From: an uncultured bacterium
GTDB taxonomy: Bacteria; Schekmanbacteria; GWA2-38-11; J061
Direction of reading: 5' to 3'
Assembly: GCA_964549305.1 (NCBI GenBank)
Contig: CAZJVM010000004.1
Span: 6,738 to 70,737, forward strand
DNA: 64,000 bases
This document shows positions 59,049 to 64,000 of the stretch, one piece after another. Both the position numbers and the translations under genes were made by a program. The notes beneath the pieces were generated by a model. The model saw only the letters and a list, made by a program, of their open reading frames with translations. It ran no database searches and was not told the DNA's origin. Each line of letters starts with the position of its first letter. Position 1 is the stretch's first letter.

Positions 59049-59084
59049 AAAACTAGCTCATCCTCCAAGAGATGAGCTAGTTTT
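59049..59084 (+). terminator. Intrinsic terminator after glnA
   Basis: AAAACTAGCTCATC-CTCCAAGA-GATGAGCTAGTTTT. Confidence 0.85.
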
Positions 59085-59226
59085 GTCCGCGGTATCGTTG
59101 ACTGCCGTCAGGTGTATTAAAGCATTTTCTACCATTGCAACCACCTTGTACACGCTTGACAACTGTCATTTTTTAATTTACCAATTACTGGGGTATTTTA
59201 ACTATTTTTTAACGGGAAGGACATCT

Positions 59227-60594
59227 ATGTCTTTAAATGCAGTATTTTGGGGATGCCAGATACCGGCAAGATATCCTTTTATAGAAAAGTCTCTGAGAAG
59301 AGTATTCGAAGAGCTTGAAATTTCTCTAATGGATATCGACGGTTTTACCTGTTGTCCCGAAAAGGCACTGGTGCATAATATGAGCGAAGATGTCTGGTAC
59401 CTCACTGCGGCAAGAAATCTCGCCGTTGCTAGGGAAGGCGCGGGTAGCAAACCCCTCACTCTTATTCAGGCGTGTAATGGTTGTTTCAGCACACTGAAAA
59501 CCGTTAAGGAAAATCTTGACCACGATTTAAAGGTTAAAGAAAAGGTCAACAAGGGGCTTGCTAAGGTTAATCTTGAATATAAGGGCGGCGTGGAAGTCAA
59601 ACATATCGTTGAGTTTCTGCACGATGTAATAGGTGCTGATACGATTAAACATAAAGTTAAAACCGCGCTAAACGGTATGAAAATTGCCGTGCATCCCGGA
59701 TGCCATATGACAAGACCTTCTTCCTCCATAGATTTTGACGACCCCCTTGTACCGAAGAAATTTGACCAGCTGATTAAAGTGCTGGGAGCGACAAACGTAA
59801 ACTATCCGAGCAAAATGCTCTGTTGCGGCGGCGAACTTACAAACATAGGAAATATGGATGAAGGAATTGCCGTAACGCGCCAGAAACTTCTCGAAACGAA
59901 GGGCCTTAAAGTTGATGCAATAGCCGTTGCCTGCCCCAACTGTTTCAAGCAGTTTGACAACCAGCAGTTTATGATGCAGAGAAACGGAGAAGAATTCCAG
60001 ATACCGGTTTTCTATATCTCGGAATTAGTGGGATTGGCGCTCGGAATTCAGCCAAAGGAGTTGGGAATCGAGGGACACCGCATAAAGACTGACAGTTTTT
60101 TTTCAAGACTGAGCGAAGAAGCGGAAAAAGCCGGCAAAGTGGAAGAACATTTTGACCTTGAAGCGCTCAGAAAGTGTTATGAATGCCGCGCCTGTATGGA
60201 TGACTGCCCGTCGGTGAAACTCCTCGACAAATACGACCCAATCACAATAATGGAAAAAGTGCTCGACGGAAAAATCGAAGAAGCAGTGGAAGACCAGGCC
60301 GTTTGGGAATGTCTCGAATGTCATACGTGCAGTGAATTATGTCCGCAGGGTTTCGGTATGGAAAAGGTATTTACCACATTGAAGCATCTTGCGGGGGAAA
60401 AAGGCAACAGACCAGCGGCAGTCAAAAAAGGGCTTGATATGTTTTCAAAAACAAGCAAAATCGGTGAACCTTCAGTTGCTCAGCGAAAAAAATTTAATCT
60501 TCCCGAGCCTTCTTCAAGCGGATTTGCTCAGTGGAAGGAGATGATAGAATCAATGGAATCTGAAGCCCCAGAGCAAGGAGAGGAAAATACGTAA
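59227..60594 (+). CDS. HdrB-like (two CCG domains) fused to HdrC-like 2x[4Fe-4S] domain
   Basis: WGCQIPARYP, TCCP, ACNGC, HPGCH, LCCGG, ACPNC; then CYECRAC..DCP and WECLECHTCSELCPQG. RBS GGAAGGA before ATG 59227. Confidence 0.9.
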   Translation: MSLNAVFWGCQIPARYPFIEKSLRRVFEELEISLMDIDGFTCCPEKALVHNMSEDVWYLTAARNLAVAREGAGSKPLTLIQACNGCFSTLKTVKENLDHDLKVKEKVNKGLAKVNLEYKGGVEVKHIVEFLHDVIGADTIKHKVKTALNGMKIAVHPGCHMTRPSSSIDFDDPLVPKKFDQLIKVLGATNVNYPSKMLCCGGELTNIGNMDEGIAVTRQKLLETKGLKVDAIAVACPNCFKQFDNQQFMMQRNGEEFQIPVFYISELVGLALGIQPKELGIEGHRIKTDSFFSRLSEEAEKAGKVEEHFDLEALRKCYECRACMDDCPSVKLLDKYDPITIMEKVLDGKIEEAVEDQAVWECLECHTCSELCPQGFGMEKVFTTLKHLAGEKGNRPAAVKKGLDMFSKTSKIGEPSVAQRKKFNLPEPSSSGFAQWKEMIESMESEAPEQGEENT

Positions 60595-61691
60595 TGAACC
60601 ATAACTACCAGAAAGACATATCGGGATGCGGTTTATCAGGGCTTATAAGTCGTTCGAAAAAAAGAATTCCCGGAGAAGTCATAATTAATTCTATTTGCCC
60701 TATGAGAGACAGGGGTAACGGTCTTGGCTCGGGTTTTGCCGCATATGGAATTTACCCTGATTATGCCGATTATTACGCGCTTCATATTATGTTTGACCAC
60801 GAAACGGCAAAAGAACTTGCCGAGGAATTTATCGAGTCAAATTACGAAATCGCCAAACAGGAAAGAATTCCCCACAAGCCCACTGAAAACATTATTTACC
60901 ATCCAATCTTATTCAGATATTTCGTAAAACCGAAGGAAAACAGGCCCGATGCCCAGTTTGCCGAGCTTGGAGACGATGATTTCGTAGTAAGAAGCGTTAT
61001 GAATATCAACTCGACCATCGAAGGCGCATACGTCTTTTCAAGCGGCAAGAATATGGGCGCATTCAAGGGAGTGGGATTTCCCTCTGAAATCGCGGAATTC
61101 TATATGCTCGAAGAATATTCCGGATATATATGGACTGCACATAACCGATTCCCCACAAACACACCCGGATGGTGGGGAGGGGCACACCCTTTCACTCTTC
61201 TTGACTGGTCAATAGTGCACAACGGAGAAATATCCTCTTACGGTATAAACAAAAGATATCTTGAAATGTTCGGGTACAGTTGTACCCTTTTGACTGACAC
61301 TGAGGTCGTAGCCTATCTTTTCGACCTGATGATAAGAAAACACGGATTGAGCTACGATATTGCCTGCAAAGCGCTTGCATCACCTTTTTGGAAGGATATC
61401 GATGATTTGCCGGAGGATGAAAAAGAAGCGATGACATGGCTGAGAATGGTCTATGGAAGCGCACTTCTAAACGGCCCCTTTTCCATTCTTTTCGGGCACA
61501 GTAACGGCCTCATCGGCTTGAGTGACAGGATTAAACTGAGACCTCTTGTCTGTGCCGAAAATGAGGATATCGTATATATGGCTTCGGAGGAGTCTGCTAT
61601 AAGGGAAATTTGCCCCAAACCTGAAAGGGTTTGGTACCCCCGGGCAGGAGAACCAGTAATTGTTAATTTGAATAATACAGAGACCAATTAA
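60594..61691 (+). CDS. Glutamate synthase, glutamine amidotransferase (Ntn) subunit, split archaeal type
   Basis: SGCG near the N-terminus, RGNGLGSGFA, AHNRFPTNT, HPF, VHNGEISS, TDTEV, DRIKLRP, ASEES. Confidence 0.9.
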   Translation: MNHNYQKDISGCGLSGLISRSKKRIPGEVIINSICPMRDRGNGLGSGFAAYGIYPDYADYYALHIMFDHETAKELAEEFIESNYEIAKQERIPHKPTENIIYHPILFRYFVKPKENRPDAQFAELGDDDFVVRSVMNINSTIEGAYVFSSGKNMGAFKGVGFPSEIAEFYMLEEYSGYIWTAHNRFPTNTPGWWGGAHPFTLLDWSIVHNGEISSYGINKRYLEMFGYSCTLLTDTEVVAYLFDLMIRKHGLSYDIACKALASPFWKDIDDLPEDEKEAMTWLRMVYGSALLNGPFSILFGHSNGLIGLSDRIKLRPLVCAENEDIVYMASEESAIREICPKPERVWYPRAGEPVIVNLNNTETN

Positions 61692-63197
61692 ATGAGAAAA
61701 AGCTATCTTATCCCGGAATTTAAAGTTGAAATAGATCATACCAGATGCAGAAGATGCAAACGATGCATTATGAACTGCAGTTATGAGGCATTGAGCTTCA
61801 GTGACAGGGTGGTTGCAGACCATTTTAAATGCGTTGCCTGTCACAGGTGCGTTGTTTTCTGTCCGGAAAATGTAATCACAGTGAGAGAAAATCCCTTGGA
61901 TTTCAAAAGCAGTTACAACTGGACAAACAGGCATCGCCTCGACATCTGGAAACAGGCGGAAACAGGCGGAATTCCCCTTACGGGAATGGGAAACGATCTC
62001 CCCTATCAAATTCTGTGGGACCATATGGTTCTCGATGCCTGTCAGGTAACAAACCCGTCCATCGACCCTCTGAGAGAACCGATGGAATTACGGACATATC
62101 TGGGGAAAAAACCTGACTTTCTGGATTTCGAAAAAGACAATAAAGGTAAAATCAAGCTAAAGGATACGATGCCCAAAAACATAAAGCTTGAAATGCCCTT
62201 AGTCTTCTCGCCAATGTCTTACGGTTCGATTAGTCTCAACACCCATAAGGCAATGGCAATGACCGCAAAGGAGATGGGCATCGTAATGCACACCGGCGAA
62301 GGGGGACTTCACAAGGATTTATACGATTACAGCGATTACACCATAGTTCAGTGCGCCTCAGGACGTTTCGGAGTACACTCCGAATATCTCAAAATGGGAA
62401 TTGCCGTAGACATTAAAATCGGACAGGGCGCGAAACCGGGTATCGGCGGACACCTTCCCGGCGAGAAAGTGGGACTTGACATATCAAAAACACGTATGAT
62501 ACCTATTGGCACAGATGCATTGTCGCCTGCGCCCCATCACGACATTTACTCAATCGAAGATTTGCGGCAGTTGATATATGCAATCAAGGAAGCAACCGAT
62601 TACAAACCGGTATCAGTCAAGATTGCCACCGTTCATAATGTCGCCGCTATCGTAAGCGGCATAGTGCGTGCCGGCGCAGATATTGTTTATCTTGACGGCT
62701 TCAGGGGAGGAACGGGAGCATCACCTAAAATAATCCGCGACCACGTGGGCATACCTCTGGAATTAGCGCTTGCCGCCGTTGACGACAGATTGAGGCAGGA
62801 AGGCATCAGAAACCACGCATCGATTATTGCGGCAGGAAGCATAAGGTCAAGCGCGGATGCAGTAAAGGCAATTGCACTTGGAGCAGATGCCGTGGCAATA
62901 GGCACAGCGGCACTTGTTGCCGTGGGATGCCGTGTATGCCAAACTTGCCATATGGGAAAATGTGCCTGGGGAATAGCGACTCAGCGCCCTGAATTGGCAA
63001 GGAGGCTTGATCCTGAAATTGCGGCAGAGAGACTTATGAATATGCTTCGCGCCTGGAATCTGGAAATAAAAGAGGTGCTCGGAAGTCTCGGACTCAATGC
63101 AATAGAATCACTCAGAGGAAGCAGGGAAAGGTTGAGAGGCATAGGCCTCGATGCTCAGACTCTTGATATTTTGGGCATAAAACCGGCAGGCAAATAG
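61692..63197 (+). CDS. Glutamate synthase FMN-binding subunit with N-terminal ferredoxin domain, split archaeal type
   Basis: CRRCKRC, CVACHRC; MSYGSIS, TGEGG, QCASGRFG, IKIGQGAKPGIGGHLPGEKV, SPAPHHDIYSIED, CRVCQTCHMGKC. Confidence 0.95.
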   Translation: MRKSYLIPEFKVEIDHTRCRRCKRCIMNCSYEALSFSDRVVADHFKCVACHRCVVFCPENVITVRENPLDFKSSYNWTNRHRLDIWKQAETGGIPLTGMGNDLPYQILWDHMVLDACQVTNPSIDPLREPMELRTYLGKKPDFLDFEKDNKGKIKLKDTMPKNIKLEMPLVFSPMSYGSISLNTHKAMAMTAKEMGIVMHTGEGGLHKDLYDYSDYTIVQCASGRFGVHSEYLKMGIAVDIKIGQGAKPGIGGHLPGEKVGLDISKTRMIPIGTDALSPAPHHDIYSIEDLRQLIYAIKEATDYKPVSVKIATVHNVAAIVSGIVRAGADIVYLDGFRGGTGASPKIIRDHVGIPLELALAAVDDRLRQEGIRNHASIIAAGSIRSSADAVKAIALGADAVAIGTAALVAVGCRVCQTCHMGKCAWGIATQRPELARRLDPEIAAERLMNMLRAWNLEIKEVLGSLGLNAIESLRGSRERLRGIGLDAQTLDILGIKPAGK

Positions 63198-63219
63198 GTT
63201 GGGAAAAGAGGTACTTGGA

Positions 63220-64000
63220 ATGGATATTAATACAATCGTAGACAGGGAAAATAAAACTCCTGGTAACGGAAAAGGTAAAATGACAAACTCTGAAAAAATA
63301 GTGATAGATGCCAAAGGGGTTTATTACAGAGAGCTTAACGAGCAAATCCGCGACGCTATTCTTAACAGGGGAGTCAGGGAAGTAGAGCTCAATAATGTAA
63401 ACGGTCAGCGTTACATAGGCGACGGAATTAAAGCCAAAGCCACAATTATTATAAACGGAGTGCCGGGAAACGACCTCGGGGCATTTATGAACGGACTTAC
63501 AATTTTAGTTAACGACAATGCTCAGGATGCCGTAGGCAACACAATGAATACTGGAAAAATAGTCATTAACGGCCATTCAAGCGATGTAATCGGTTACGGG
63601 ATGAGAGGCGGTAAAATTTTTATCAAGGGAGACGTGGGATACAGAGTTGGTATTCATATGAAAGAATACAAGACGACTGTTCCTTATATAATCTGCGGCG
63701 GAAGAGCGGGAGATTTCCTCGGAGAATATATGGCAGGCGGAATTCTTGCAGTACTCGGACTCGATGAAGATGACCCTCGCCCCTTAACGGGAGATTATCT
63801 CGGCACAGGAATGCACGGGGGGATAATATACGTGCGCGGCAAAGTCAATGAAAAGACTCTTGGCAAAGAAGTGGGAATCGTCGATTTTACTGACAAAGAC
63901 TTTGATCAGCTTGGCAAAGCCCTGAAAGAATATGCCGAAGACCTCAATCTTGACTTTGATAAAATTATGTCAAAACCATTCACTAAAATAATACCCACCA
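63220..64000 (+). CDS. Glutamate synthase GXGXG-domain subunit (3'-truncated by window edge)
   Basis: Not in the ORF track because it has no stop. Manual translation gives MDINT...NGQRYIGDG...GVPGNDLGAFMNG...AQDAVGNTMNTG...GYGMRGG...GDFLGEYMAGG...GTGMHGG. Confidence 0.92.
   Translation, partial: MDINTIVDRENKTPGNGKGKMTNSEKIVIDAKGVYYRELNEQIRDAILNRGVREVELNNVNGQRYIGDGIKAKATIIINGVPGNDLGAFMNGLTILVNDNAQDAVGNTMNTGKIVINGHSSDVIGYGMRGGKIFIKGDVGYRVGIHMKEYKTTVPYIICGGRAGDFLGEYMAGGILAVLGLDEDDPRPLTGDYLGTGMHGGIIYVRGKVNEKTLGKEVGIVDFTDKDFDQLGKALKEYAEDLNLDFDKIMSKPFTKIIPT

Noticed and set aside
59157-59168. TGACA-AC-TGTCA palindrome upstream of the hdrBC-gltB genes
   Set aside because: Short, the matching -10 is weak, and it does not fit GlnR/TnrA, NrpR or NtrC spacing.
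32817-63197. Possible selenocysteine read-through or programmed frameshifts in the redox genes
   Set aside because: The Fe-S and CCG ORFs are continuous with Cys ligands, and no in-frame TGA interrupts a recognisable domain.

Overview
64 kb of core-like chromosome from an AT-rich diderm bacterium that is probably anaerobic or microaerotolerant. The gene style resembles Desulfobacterota/Geobacter (inference only). I see no tRNA, rRNA, CRISPR array, transposase or prophage. In order: the 3' part of recA; a convergent MoxR-DUF58-batABCDE operon; groESL with a perfect CIRCE; tatB-tatC and a TPR-LysM lipoprotein; an LpoA-like lipoprotein, DUF1015 and larC; an SBBP gene remnant; pyrR-B-C-K-D, lspA, carB; a sigma54-driven type IV pilin with an O-antigen-ligase-like (O-OTase-like) gene and a TPR-like accessory gene; a B12 radical SAM; a 9.5 kb flavin/Fe-S oxidoreductase cluster with an SCP2-like protein, an Lrp-type regulator and an MFS transporter; a flavodiiron protein; a P3-less (tungsten-type) Moco riboswitch ahead of an OprO/P-family porin and tupABC; two hypotheticals; gspN; csoR-copZ-copA; a second B12 radical SAM; TolC; sigma54-driven glnA; and an HdrB-HdrC fusion translationally coupled to a three-piece archaeal-type glutamate synthase that runs off the window end. 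The best candidates for undescribed systems are (1) the HdrBC-GOGAT module, (2) a riboswitch-controlled putative tungstate porin, and (3) the SCP2/FAD/CCG catabolic cluster. All functional calls come from recognised motifs; no searches were run.
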